From: Anaerolineales bacterium
Lineage (GTDB): Bacteria > Chloroflexota > Anaerolineae > Anaerolineales > Villigracilaceae
NCBI GenBank assembly: GCA_034411635.1
Contig: DAOUML010000134.1
Location: 14,649-78,648 of the forward strand
DNA length: 64,000 bases
Direction: 5' to 3'
Made by a program: the position numbers and the translations under genes. The first letter of the stretch is position 1. Every line of letters begins with the position of its first letter. Below, one piece after another: positions 16,515-25,611 of this stretch. The notes under the pieces were generated by a model, which was given only the letters and a program-made list of their open reading frames with translations, did no database searches and was not told the DNA's origin.

Positions 16515-17078
16515 CTATTCCTCCTCCTGGATTTTTTCAGAAAGCGCTGCAATAGCGCGCCGGAAGAGGGACTTGGTCGCTTCAAGCGATTGCCCATTCT
16601 GACGGGAAATCTCATTAAAGGGCATGTTGTCTACAAATCGCATGAGGAGAATATCTTGATAACTTTGCGGCAGTTTCGACAACCCGCGTTGCAGGCTTTC
16701 GAGATTATCTTGTTTTGCCTGCGTTTCTCTATGATTTTCATGAATCTCGCGGAAGACATATTCATAATCTTGTTGGTCTGTGCTGTCTGGCTGTTTTGAG
16801 CGATGATAATCAGCAATTTTTCGATTGGTGATTGTGCGAATCCAGGTCCTAAACTTGGCCTGACCGCGAAAATTGCCTAAAGATTTCAGGATCGCAATAA
16901 AAATTTCCTGGGTCACATCCTCCACGTCTGGTTCAGGAATTTTGAACCGAACTCTGGCATATACCGAGGGTAGTAATCGTTCGTAGAGCAAATCAAAGGC
17001 TTCTTGGCTTCCCATTTTTGTCAGTTGGGCTAATTCTTCGTCACTGGACGCGCTTAGACTCATATTTTGGTGTCTCAT
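16515..17078 (-). CDS. ECF-type sigma-70 family RNA polymerase sigma factor
   Basis: 187 aa. Region 2 reads DVEDVTQEIFIAILKSLGNFRGQAKFRTWIRTITNRKIADYHR. Region 4 reads LPQSYQDILLMRFVDNMPFNEISRQNGQSLEATKSLFRRAI. Confidence 0.85.
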   Translation of the reverse strand: MRHQNMSLSASSDEELAQLTKMGSQEAFDLLYERLLPSVYARVRFKIPEPDVEDVTQEIFIAILKSLGNFRGQAKFRTWIRTITNRKIADYHRSKQPDSTDQQDYEYVFREIHENHRETQAKQDNLESLQRGLSKLPQSYQDILLMRFVDNMPFNEISRQNGQSLEATKSLFRRAIAALSEKIQEEE

Positions 17079-17120
17079 AGTATTAGTCGTAGTTGGGGGC
17101 CAAAAAGGGTTGCAAATTGG

Positions 17121-17148
17121 ACAGCGTGGGGATTATTTTGCCAAGTTC
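17121..17148 (-). promoter_or_regulatory. Candidate ECF-type autoregulatory promoter (GAACTT-N16-CGCTGT)
   Basis: The minus strand reads GAACTT ggcaaaataatcccca CGCTGT, about 40 nt upstream of the sigma-factor ATG. It resembles the AAC / CGT-type ECF -35/-10 layout, but the match is weak. Confidence 0.25.
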
Positions 17149-17431
17149 GTTGAATAACCGCAAGAAGCAACAAGATTATGTTGCTTTCAGAGCGGAAATG
17201 CGCAAGATGAGATCGCGCGTTTTCGCTCTAAAAAAGCGCAATTTTTCACCAGGGCGGAAATATATACGATGAGAGATTACAAATTCAACATAAAAATTAT
17301 ATCTCCAATTCGGAAATAAAGATATAATTAGTCGAGTTTTTCTGATATGTTTACGCCATTTTAATCTTAAATTAATGTTTTGCGCGACTAAGTTATTGTC
17401 ATTTTGTTTTATTCAAACTGGAGGTAATACT

Positions 17432-18238
17432 ATGTTTCGAAAACTGTTTTCATTGACAGGGATTCTTGTTTTCTCTTTGTTCAGCGCGTTCTTGCTTGTC
17501 GCCTGTCAGCCGCCAACGCCAACGCCACCGGCTGAAGAACCGCCCCAACCGGCTCCGGCCACAAACACCCCGGCCCCTGTCGAGGAGCCCCAGCCGGAAG
17601 ATCCCAACGCCTTGCGTGGTGATATTTTGCTCGATCCTGCCCTGGCAACCGATGAAGATTCGCTCAAGGTTAATTCACTGCTCTATGTTGGGCTTGTGAC
17701 TCTGGATGAGAGCGGAAACGTGCAGCCAGCCATTGCCCAATCCTGGGTAATTTCAGATGACCAACTGACCTACACCTTCACGCTGCAAGAAGATGCCGCG
17801 TTTAGCGACGGTTCCGCGATTACCCCGGATGTTGTTGCCGACAATGTTACCCGCTGGCTTGACCCGGAAAGCCCTCTGCGCGGCACGGGCAATTATGAAA
17901 ACTGGCTGGCCTTTTTTGAGGGATTTTTGGGCGAAAAAGATAGTGATGACCGCCCGATTTCTCCGGTGGATGGCGTGAACAAAATTGATTTCAGCACCCT
18001 CGTCTTGCACCTCAATCGACCAGTTCCCGACCTGTTGGTTTATCTGGCCGACCCGGCTTTTGCCATTCTCAAGACCGAATCTTTGCAAGATGGCAGTTAT
18101 GGCAGCATCAATAGTCGCATTATCGCCAGCGGCCCTTATCAGGTCTCTTCGTGGACAAACGACAAACTGGTTCTTACCCCTAATCCGTTTTTCTGGGGGG
18201 CTGCAGCCCAGGTCGAACTGGAATTTAATCTGCGCTGA
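17432..18238 (+). CDS. Family-5 (peptide/nickel type) solute-binding-protein-like lipoprotein, about half normal length
   Basis: The start MFRKLF has a GGAGG Shine-Dalgarno sequence. The lipobox is LLVAC, followed by a Pro-rich linker. LYVGLVTLDESGNVQPAIAQSWVISDDQLTYTFTLQEDAAFSDGSAITPDVV matches the N-terminal lobe of SBP_bac_5 proteins. The ORF ends at 268 aa, immediately before a strong terminator. Confidence 0.55.
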   Translation: MFRKLFSLTGILVFSLFSAFLLVACQPPTPTPPAEEPPQPAPATNTPAPVEEPQPEDPNALRGDILLDPALATDEDSLKVNSLLYVGLVTLDESGNVQPAIAQSWVISDDQLTYTFTLQEDAAFSDGSAITPDVVADNVTRWLDPESPLRGTGNYENWLAFFEGFLGEKDSDDRPISPVDGVNKIDFSTLVLHLNRPVPDLLVYLADPAFAILKTESLQDGSYGSINSRIIASGPYQVSSWTNDKLVLTPNPFFWGAAAQVELEFNLR

Positions 18239-18251
18239 TTGAAATTCTTAT

Positions 18252-18297
18252 CAGAATCAAAACGGGCTGTCAGAGTAGACAGCCCGTTTTGATTCTG
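18252..18297. terminator. Bidirectional terminator hairpin
   Basis: A perfect 20-bp stem pairs cagaatcaaaacgggctgtc with gacagcccgttttgattctg around a 6-nt loop. It lies between convergent genes. Confidence 0.7.
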
Positions 18298-18307
18298 GAA
18301 GTATCGG

Positions 18308-19537
18308 TTACGGCACCCAAATCGGCTCAATCGCATTTTCACCGGGCTGGGAAATTTGCGCCACGATGTTTCCGGTCAAATCTGCGACATAGACGACGGA
18401 TTCATTGTTCGTATTTCGGCTCTGGAAGGTAATATACAGACCATCTGGCGACCAGGATGGGTACACGCCGGGCAAATCATTTGCCACCAGCGGGCGGGCT
18501 TCGCTGCCATCGGACTTTATCAGCATCAGAATTTCATTGCCGATTTTCCCTTTGGTGTAAACCAGATATTGTCCATCGGGCGACCAGACCGGGTAATCAT
18601 CCTGAGCGTTATTATTGGTCAGGCGGCGCGGGTCGCTGCCATCGGCGCGGGAGATATAAATCTCAGGGTTGCCATCACGCCGGGAAGAGAAGGCAATCGT
18701 TCCCCCGTCTGGTGACCATGAGGGGCTGGTGTTTACCGAATTGTTATCAGTGAGTTGGACAATGTTTTCGTTACCAATTTCAGCGCGGTAGATGTTGGCA
18801 TTGCTGCCTTCACCACGATTGGAGACAAAGAGCAGCGAGCGACCATCTGGGGACCAGGTTGGGCGGCTATCGCCGGCAGGGTGGGTGGTTAGCCGAATTT
18901 CGGTCAGGGTTTGAATATCGACGGCGTAGATTTCAAAGTTGCCATCACGGTATGATTCAAATGTCACCAGGCTACCATCGGTTGACCAACTGGGCCAACC
19001 ATCTTTGGCGGGAGAATTACTTAAGCGTGTAACCACTCTTGTGTTGATGTTGACCATATAGATATCAGAAACACCGTTGTTGACACCGGCATAGGCCACA
19101 TGTTGACCATCTGGTGAGAGTACCGGGGTATCTTTGAGTGTTCCGTCGTTGGTCAGGGCAATTGGTTGGCTGTTTCCGTTGGCATCGGCCAGCATGATTT
19201 CGCTTTTTCCGCCCTGATTTTTGCTGATGTAGATGATTTTTCCGCTTGGGCCGGTTTCTTGCGGGGTAACAATTTCAGGCTCGGCGGTAACGATGATTGC
19301 CGGCTCCTCGCTGACGGCGTTTTCTGGCTCAGGGGTGGTGCTTGGGTTCTGGGTGGAATCGCCTTCAGCCACGATGGTTTCTTGCGCGCCTGCGCCGCCC
19401 AGCAGATCTTCGCCTGTGATCCCCTCATCTGCCAACGCCGTGCCATTTGCGCAACCCGATGCCAGCAGTAAGATGGCAACCAGGGCAAACAGGAAGAAGG
19501 GTAAATTTTTCTTGGGGATGAATGAATTGGTTTTCAT
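18308..19537 (-). CDS. TolB-like PD40 beta-propeller lipoprotein
   Basis: The start is at MKTNSF (ATG 19537, GAGG Shine-Dalgarno). The lipobox is LLASGC. Repeated units of the form SPDGxxxAFxSxRDGNxEIY are present. It is a paralog of the C-terminus of the giant protein. Confidence 0.8.
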   Translation of the reverse strand: MKTNSFIPKKNLPFFLFALVAILLLASGCANGTALADEGITGEDLLGGAGAQETIVAEGDSTQNPSTTPEPENAVSEEPAIIVTAEPEIVTPQETGPSGKIIYISKNQGGKSEIMLADANGNSQPIALTNDGTLKDTPVLSPDGQHVAYAGVNNGVSDIYMVNINTRVVTRLSNSPAKDGWPSWSTDGSLVTFESYRDGNFEIYAVDIQTLTEIRLTTHPAGDSRPTWSPDGRSLLFVSNRGEGSNANIYRAEIGNENIVQLTDNNSVNTSPSWSPDGGTIAFSSRRDGNPEIYISRADGSDPRRLTNNNAQDDYPVWSPDGQYLVYTKGKIGNEILMLIKSDGSEARPLVANDLPGVYPSWSPDGLYITFQSRNTNNESVVYVADLTGNIVAQISQPGENAIEPIWVP

Positions 19538-19691
19538 AATGCCTCGCAATGCTTTTATATTATTCTATACCGTTAGTCGAGCGAGAGATTATGAAAGGGT
19601 TATTCCTAACAGCACTGTAAACCAGGGGGTATTTTAAGGTTCTGTTTGGGCCGTCACCTTTCATTTTTGAAAGGTGACGGCGATTATTGAC

Positions 19692-19740
19692 CTAAAAAAA
19701 AACAGGCTGAAAACCTTTCTGCCGGTTTTTTCAGCCTGTC
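19692..19740 (-). terminator. Rho-independent terminator ending the cNMP / partner-switch operon
   Basis: The minus strand reads gacaggctgaaaaaaccggcagaaaggttttcagcctgt followed by a run of nine T. A second hairpin lies at 19651-19680. Confidence 0.7.
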
Positions 19741-19762
19741 ATGCGAAGGTATTTTTGATCCA

Positions 19763-20479
19763 TCAATCGTCTTCTTCGCGCATGGCGCGTAATTGGGCTT
19801 TCAGGTCTTTGAAATACTCGCTTTGGGTGATTTCGCTGGCTTTTTCGCGGCGTTGTTTTTCATCAATCTGAATGCGCAGTTCGGCGACTTCTTGTTTCAG
19901 TTTTTCTTCGCGTTCGCGCACTTGCCCGGCCATGCGCACGAATTCGGCAGCCAGGGCTGAAAGGGAGGTATCTTCAACATCGCCAGGGGTTTTTATCGCT
20001 TCGTAGTTTCCTTCGCTCAGGCGTTGCACCCACTGCCTGATTTCGCCGATGAAATCGGTGGTGTAGCGGATACGCCCACTCAGGCCGCTCATAACGCTGG
20101 TGGCGACTTCTGGTTGGCTGGCGAGCAAGGCGCGGAAGTTTTCCAGGCTTAGGGCGGCAATCAGGCTGTCGCTTTCAGCGCGGGCGCTGGCCGAGCGCGG
20201 CAAGTGATCAATTAAGGCCATTTCGCCTAAAATATCGCCGGCTTTGAAGATGCGCAGGGCCTGGCCTGCTTCGGGGCGAGCCGGATCGGGCATGTAGATG
20301 GCAATTTGGCCTTCGCGCACCAGAATCATTTCTTCGCCGGGGTCGCCCAGGTTAAAAAGTATTTGGCCGGCGGGCAGGGAGCGGGTTTTGAACCGCCCGG
20401 CCAGGGTTTCGGCTTCGGCGGGGGGCAGGCTTTTGAATATTTGCGTTTTTTGTAAAATATCAGTCAGGTCGCTCATCAT
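19763..20479 (-). CDS. Cyclic-nucleotide-binding domain protein with a HAMP-like segment and conserved C-terminal coiled module
   Basis: 238 aa. The CAP_ED signature is GDILGEMALIDHLPRSASARA. Then come EGNYEAI..LSALAAEFVRMAGQV and REREEKLKQEVAELRIQIDEKQRREKASEITQSEYFKDLKAQLRAMR. It has a 4-nt overlap with the cyclase-STAND gene. Confidence 0.8.
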   Translation of the reverse strand: MMSDLTDILQKTQIFKSLPPAEAETLAGRFKTRSLPAGQILFNLGDPGEEMILVREGQIAIYMPDPARPEAGQALRIFKAGDILGEMALIDHLPRSASARAESDSLIAALSLENFRALLASQPEVATSVMSGLSGRIRYTTDFIGEIRQWVQRLSEGNYEAIKTPGDVEDTSLSALAAEFVRMAGQVREREEKLKQEVAELRIQIDEKQRREKASEITQSEYFKDLKAQLRAMREEDD

Positions 20480-23400
20480 TCTGTCCAGTTAAAGATTGGA
20501 AGTAGCAATTCAATGTAGGCGAGGTCTTCAAAGGGTTCCCAGTGCCAGGCTTCCCAGGGGCCTGATTGACCTTTTTTGATGCGCGCCAGAGCATTTTGGA
20601 CGAGGGCGCGCGGGCCGGTTTGCAGTGCCGGGGCCGACTTTGCGAGTTGGTCGAGCGATTCTTCGAGCAGAGTCAGGCTGGCGTGGGTGTCTGCGTTTGC
20701 AAGCCAGGTCAGTTCGGCGTGGCGGTAGGCGCACAGGGCCAGGCCGGGGGCGGTTGGGGCGTTTTTCCAGATGGTTTTGGCTTGTTGGTATTGTTCGTTT
20801 GCCGATTGGAAGTTTCCGGTTTGCAGATGGCTGTCTCCCAGGCGGATGAGGGCCAGGGAGACGCAATCGGTGAGGCTGAGGACCTGGTACAAGGGGATGG
20901 CCGCCGTCCACTGCGCCGACAGGTCATCGAGCAGGGCGCGGGCGCGGACCTGTGAGTCGTTTACCGTGTTGGGCAGCGATGCGCGGGCTGTGGCAGCCAG
21001 GTCGGCGGGGTTTTCTCCGGCGCGCCAGGCGAGCCAGGCTTGCAGGGTGCGGCATTGCCAGGCGTTTGCGTTTTGGGCATGTTTTTCGAGGAAGGTGGTT
21101 AGTTGTTGGCTGGCTTTGGCGGTTTTGCCCTGCGAGGGCCAGGCCAGGGCGAGGGTTGCGGTGAGCCGGGCGGCGAGGTTGGGGGGCAGGGTTTCTAGCG
21201 GGGCGACGGAAAGGGCCGCTTCGCAGGCTGCTGCGGCGGCGGGTAAATCGCCGGTTTGCAGCGCCAGGGTTGCCAGGCCGGTATGGGCCAGGGCTTTTTG
21301 TAAGCCGATTTGCGGGTTGAGGTCGGCCTGGGGGGGAATTCGTTCGAGAATCGCGAGTGAGCGGCTGAGGAGCGGTTCGCGTCCACCTTGTTCGGGTGGA
21401 ATTAGCCCGGCGGCAGTGTTCAGTTGTTGCGCGGCCTCAAGCCATTGTTCCGACATTTCATAATGATGGGCCAGCCTTTCGGCGGTGCTGCGCTGGGGTT
21501 TTATGTCGCTTGAAGCATCGAGGAAGGCGCCGATTTTATCGCGCAGTTGACGCCGGGCCGAGCGGTTTTTGATGTGTTCGGCCATGAGGGCGTGCAGTTC
21601 GCGGCGGCGTTTGAAGGGCAGGCTGGCGTAGAGGATATCGCGGAAGATGGTTTGTTCGAAGGTGTAGCGTGGGTCTATGCCGGCTTCGTTGAGTTCTATC
21701 AGTCGCGATTGTGACAGGCTGCGCAGGTAGCCGGTGAGGGAGATGGGGTCGAGCGCGTCTTGCAGCAGGGATTCTACGTCGCTGCGCCGAAATTCGACGC
21801 CGACCACCGAGGCCAGGCGGGCGATTTCGCGCTGGGCTTCGGGCAGGCTTTCGAGGCTGCTTAGCACCAGTTTTTGGAGGATGTCGGAGGCTTGCAGGAT
21901 GTTTTTGAGGCTGGTTTGGTCGATGCCCTGGGTGCGTTTAATCCAGCGGCTGATTTCTTCGACGAAGAGCGGGCTGCCGTTGCTTTGTTCGTGGATGATG
22001 TCGGTGAGGCCTTCGGTGAGGATGGCGGCGGCCATGGCGCTGGTTTCTGCGCGGCTGAAGGGGGCCAGTTCGATGGTGGGGATGTCTTGGGGCAGGCCTT
22101 CGCGTGGACGCCCGGCCAGCATGAAGATGACGGGCTGGTTGGCGAGTGATTGGCTGAGGGCGAGCAGGGTTTGGCGCGAGGTTTCGTCCATCCAGTGAAC
22201 GTCTTCAAAGAAAATCAGCAGGGGAGCCGATTTTGAGAGCATTTTCAGCGCGGTTGCCAGGGCAGATTGCTGGCGGGCGCTCTGGCGGTTGGGCAGGGGG
22301 GTGGTTTCGCTGGCGGCGCTGGCTTTGAAATCGTCCAGTTGTTCGAGAATATCGAGGTTGGTGGATTGGCGGCTGGCGCGGCCTCGTTTGATTATTCTGA
22401 GCAGATCGTCGCCGCCCGTCAGGGTTTTATCTCGTTTTTCGAGTTGGGCCTGGCGCAGGTCGAGCAGGTCGGTTAGGAGGGCGTGGTCTTCTGGGGGCAG
22501 GTTGAGGGCTGTGGTGAGGCGTTCCAGTTTTTCGGCTTGAATGAGCGGGTGGTCGAGTGGGGTGATGCCGGCCAGGGCGCGCGCCAGCCCGATCCAACAG
22601 GCGTTGGGTTGTTCGCTTTGGTAGGAATGGCATTGGTAGGATTGCACTTGCCAGCCGGTGGCGAGGGCCTGGCGGGCGAGGGTATCGGCCAGGTGGCTTT
22701 TGCCAATGCCGGGGGCGCCGGTGAGGTAGAGCAGGCTGCCCTGATTGTGGTGGGCGCGGGCGAAGATTTCGGTGGCTTTGGTTAGTTCGGCGGCGCGTCC
22801 TATCAGGGGCGGGCGGGCATGAATGCGGCTGAGAAGGGTGTCTTCGCGTGGGCCGTCAATCTGAAAGATGGGAATTGGGTTTTTCTTGCCCTTGACGCGC
22901 ACCGGCGGCAGGTTGCGGCTGACGTAATAGGTATTGACGCGCTCCAGAACTCTTTCGCTGACCAGAATTTGCCCCGGTTCGGCGACGCTCATCAGGCGCG
23001 CGGCCAGGTTGACTTCATCACCCATGACGGTGTACTCGCGGCGGGTGGAAGAACCAGCCTGCCCGGCGAAGGTTTCGCCGAGGGTGATGCCGATTCGGTG
23101 CTGGATGAGCGGTTCAGAGAATTCGGCCGGCAGGTGGCGGGTCAGTTTTTGGGTCCAGCGGCGGTTGAGGTCTTGCAGGGCGGTGTTCATTGCCAGGGCG
23201 GCGCTGATGGCGCGTTGGGGGTCGTCTTCGTGGGCGGTGGGCGCGCCGAACAGGGCGAGTAGTTTTGTGCCTTTGCTGTAAGGGTCGATGCGGCTGACGA
23301 TGCCGCCAAAGCGGCTGATGGCTTCGTTCATCTCGCTAAAGTAGGCGCTTAACAGGCCGGTGACGCGTTGCGCGCCTTCTGCCCCCCACATTTTGAGCAA

Positions 23401-24567
23401 AGTTTCTGGCCCAAGGAAGTTGCAAAACATGACCACCGTTGGGCGATATTCGCTGCTGACCTGGCGCTGGGAGGCGTGTGAGATGATGCGGTCGAGCAAT
23501 TCGCTGGCGAGGTAGGGGGCCAGGGCTTGAATTTTGGTGAGGCTGGCGTGGATTTCGGCGCTCAGGTCTTCTATGCTGGCATCCCAGGGGATGGCGATTC
23601 GGGCGCGGCGTTTTTCGGGGCGAATCTCGAAGGTGTCGAGGTCTACTTCGGGGCCGGGAGTCAGGCGGAAGAAGCCGGGTTTGACTTCGAGCAGGCTGTA
23701 TTCGGCGCGCAGGATTTCGGCGGCTTGCTGATTCATGACCAGCAGCCCCGAAGCGGAGTTGCCTTCGGCTTGCATGGTTTGGGCGACGGTTTCGCCAATG
23801 AGGGCGTATTCCATGCGTTTGGGCGCGCCGATGCTGGCGGCCAGGAAGTGGCCCGCCGCCATGCCGAGTTTCATGGAGAGTGAAACCGGCCCCAGTGGGG
23901 TGGCGATGTTTTTGAAATCGCTCATGGCGCGCAACATGCGCAGCCCGGCGCGGGCGGCCCAGCGGGCGTGGTCGCCGTTTTCTTGTTCGGGGAAGTAAAT
24001 GAGGGTGGCGTCGCCGGCGAATTTGAGCAAAATGCCATTCGACCAGGCGATGATGTCGATCATGGCTGTGAAGTAGCGGTTGATGAAGCCGGTTAAGTGC
24101 TCGGCGCCTTCAGGGCCGAGCGCGGCCAGCCGTTCTGAAAGGGCGGTGAATCCGCTGACATCTGAGAAGAGCAGGCAGCCGCGCAACATTACGCCATCGA
24201 CCAGGCCGGGTATGGGGCGGGCCATTTTTTCTTGCGCGAGGTTGGCGGGCAGGTAGGTGGCGATGGTGTAGAGCAGGGAATTGAGCCGCTCGAGGGTGTT
24301 GAGGTAAATGCCGCTGCGCGGCGAATCTTCGCTTAATTTGCGCCACAGGTCGGGGGGCAGGTAGGTTTGCAGTTCGGCGGAAAGGCGTGGTTTGCTTTCG
24401 GCGTGGGTGGGGATTGCGGCGGCGAGAGGGCGGAGGTTTTCAAGGGGGCTGGTTTCGGCGCCGGCCAGGGCGCGCAAAGAGTCAACTTTCTTTTCTTCGA
24501 GAGAATCGAAGAGGGCCGAAAGGTTGGGACGCTGGCGCGGGGTGTTGGGTTGGGGTGCTTCGGGCAT
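20476..24567 (-). CDS. Tandem class III cyclase domains + P-loop STAND/AAA ATPase + TPR-like repeats
   Basis: 1363 aa. CHD1 has LLFSDVSGFTALSERL and KFAGDATLIYF. CHD2 has VVMFCNFLGPETL, LLALFGAPTAHEDD and YTVMGDEVNLAARL. Walker A is LTGAPGIGKSHLA and Walker B is LLIFFEDVHWMDETS. A long Ala/Leu-rich helical-repeat C-terminus follows. Confidence 0.85.
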   Translation of the reverse strand: MPEAPQPNTPRQRPNLSALFDSLEEKKVDSLRALAGAETSPLENLRPLAAAIPTHAESKPRLSAELQTYLPPDLWRKLSEDSPRSGIYLNTLERLNSLLYTIATYLPANLAQEKMARPIPGLVDGVMLRGCLLFSDVSGFTALSERLAALGPEGAEHLTGFINRYFTAMIDIIAWSNGILLKFAGDATLIYFPEQENGDHARWAARAGLRMLRAMSDFKNIATPLGPVSLSMKLGMAAGHFLAASIGAPKRMEYALIGETVAQTMQAEGNSASGLLVMNQQAAEILRAEYSLLEVKPGFFRLTPGPEVDLDTFEIRPEKRRARIAIPWDASIEDLSAEIHASLTKIQALAPYLASELLDRIISHASQRQVSSEYRPTVVMFCNFLGPETLLKMWGAEGAQRVTGLLSAYFSEMNEAISRFGGIVSRIDPYSKGTKLLALFGAPTAHEDDPQRAISAALAMNTALQDLNRRWTQKLTRHLPAEFSEPLIQHRIGITLGETFAGQAGSSTRREYTVMGDEVNLAARLMSVAEPGQILVSERVLERVNTYYVSRNLPPVRVKGKKNPIPIFQIDGPREDTLLSRIHARPPLIGRAAELTKATEIFARAHHNQGSLLYLTGAPGIGKSHLADTLARQALATGWQVQSYQCHSYQSEQPNACWIGLARALAGITPLDHPLIQAEKLERLTTALNLPPEDHALLTDLLDLRQAQLEKRDKTLTGGDDLLRIIKRGRASRQSTNLDILEQLDDFKASAASETTPLPNRQSARQQSALATALKMLSKSAPLLIFFEDVHWMDETSRQTLLALSQSLANQPVIFMLAGRPREGLPQDIPTIELAPFSRAETSAMAAAILTEGLTDIIHEQSNGSPLFVEEISRWIKRTQGIDQTSLKNILQASDILQKLVLSSLESLPEAQREIARLASVVGVEFRRSDVESLLQDALDPISLTGYLRSLSQSRLIELNEAGIDPRYTFEQTIFRDILYASLPFKRRRELHALMAEHIKNRSARRQLRDKIGAFLDASSDIKPQRSTAERLAHHYEMSEQWLEAAQQLNTAAGLIPPEQGGREPLLSRSLAILERIPPQADLNPQIGLQKALAHTGLATLALQTGDLPAAAAACEAALSVAPLETLPPNLAARLTATLALAWPSQGKTAKASQQLTTFLEKHAQNANAWQCRTLQAWLAWRAGENPADLAATARASLPNTVNDSQVRARALLDDLSAQWTAAIPLYQVLSLTDCVSLALIRLGDSHLQTGNFQSANEQYQQAKTIWKNAPTAPGLALCAYRHAELTWLANADTHASLTLLEESLDQLAKSAPALQTGPRALVQNALARIKKGQSGPWEAWHWEPFEDLAYIELLLPIFNWTE

Positions 24568-24570
24568 GGG

Positions 24571-25611
24571 TTAGTTTTCGGCTGAATAAAGCACAACCCG
24601 GTTGCGCCCGTTGCGTTTGGCCTGGTAGAGGGCTTTATCGGCGTGTTGGATGACTTGTTCCAGGTTGTTGGCGTGCTGCGGAAAACTGGCTGCACCGAGC
24701 GAAATGGTCGCCTGCAAGGTTTGGCCTTTGTGTTCGAGTTTGTGTTTTTCAAAGCGCGCGCGAATTTTTTTAGCGATGCGTTCGATGATGTTTAACGATG
24801 CGCCTGGCAGGATGATGACGAACTCCTCGCCGCCATAGCGACAAACGCTATCGGCAGCGCGGACGCTTTCTTTCAAGATGTTTGCGGCGGCTTGCAGCAT
24901 CAGATCGCCGGCGTGGTGCCCGTAGGTGTCGTTGATATTTTTGAAATGGTCGATATCGGCCATGATGATGCCGATGACGCTTTTGCTTTGGATGGCGCGC
25001 AAGGCTTCCACGCGCAGGGTTTCGTCCATTTGACGGCGATTGTACAGGCCGGTTAATGGATCGTAGGCGGCCAGCCGGCTCAGGTCTTCGAGGACGACTT
25101 CCTTCTGGCGTTCGCGGATGGTGCCGCTCAGCCTTTCCTCGTCGGATTCGCGGATGCGTCCACTCAGGATGCTCAGCAGGGTCAGGCTGAGGGCGGGGTT
25201 TTCAGTCAGGAATTGGTGGAAGGTGTCGCGTTCCATTTTCCAGAGGGAAACCGGCTCAAGGGCAATGACGGTTGCCGAGCGTGGGCGGTTTTCGAGCAGG
25301 GCCATTTCGCCGATGGTATCGCCGGTTGAGCGGAAGCCAATGACGGTAGGGGTTTCGATTTCGCCTTTGATGACAATGGCCAATCCGCTGCGCATGACAT
25401 AAAACATGTCTCCCGCTTCGCCCTCATGAATGATGACTTCGCCCTGCTGACATTTGCGTTCGAGCAGGGTTTGCCCGTTTTGTTTTTTATCCATCCAGGC
25501 CAGTAGTTCTTTGAAGGGAGGTTGGTCGGGCGAGTGGCTGGCTTGTTGTTGCAAGGCATAGATCGCGAGAAATTTATCCAGTTCTGGGCGGGGGATGATT
25601 GGATGAGTCAT
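24571..25611 (-). CDS. cNMP-binding domain + GGDEF diguanylate cyclase
   Basis: 346 aa. It has GDTIGEMALLENRPRSATVIA, then DPLTGLYNRR, DIDHFKNINDTYGH, RYGGEEFVIIL and ADKALYQAKRNGRNR. Confidence 0.9.
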   Translation of the reverse strand: MTHPIIPRPELDKFLAIYALQQQASHSPDQPPFKELLAWMDKKQNGQTLLERKCQQGEVIIHEGEAGDMFYVMRSGLAIVIKGEIETPTVIGFRSTGDTIGEMALLENRPRSATVIALEPVSLWKMERDTFHQFLTENPALSLTLLSILSGRIRESDEERLSGTIRERQKEVVLEDLSRLAAYDPLTGLYNRRQMDETLRVEALRAIQSKSVIGIIMADIDHFKNINDTYGHHAGDLMLQAAANILKESVRAADSVCRYGGEEFVIILPGASLNIIERIAKKIRARFEKHKLEHKGQTLQATISLGAASFPQHANNLEQVIQHADKALYQAKRNGRNRVVLYSAEN

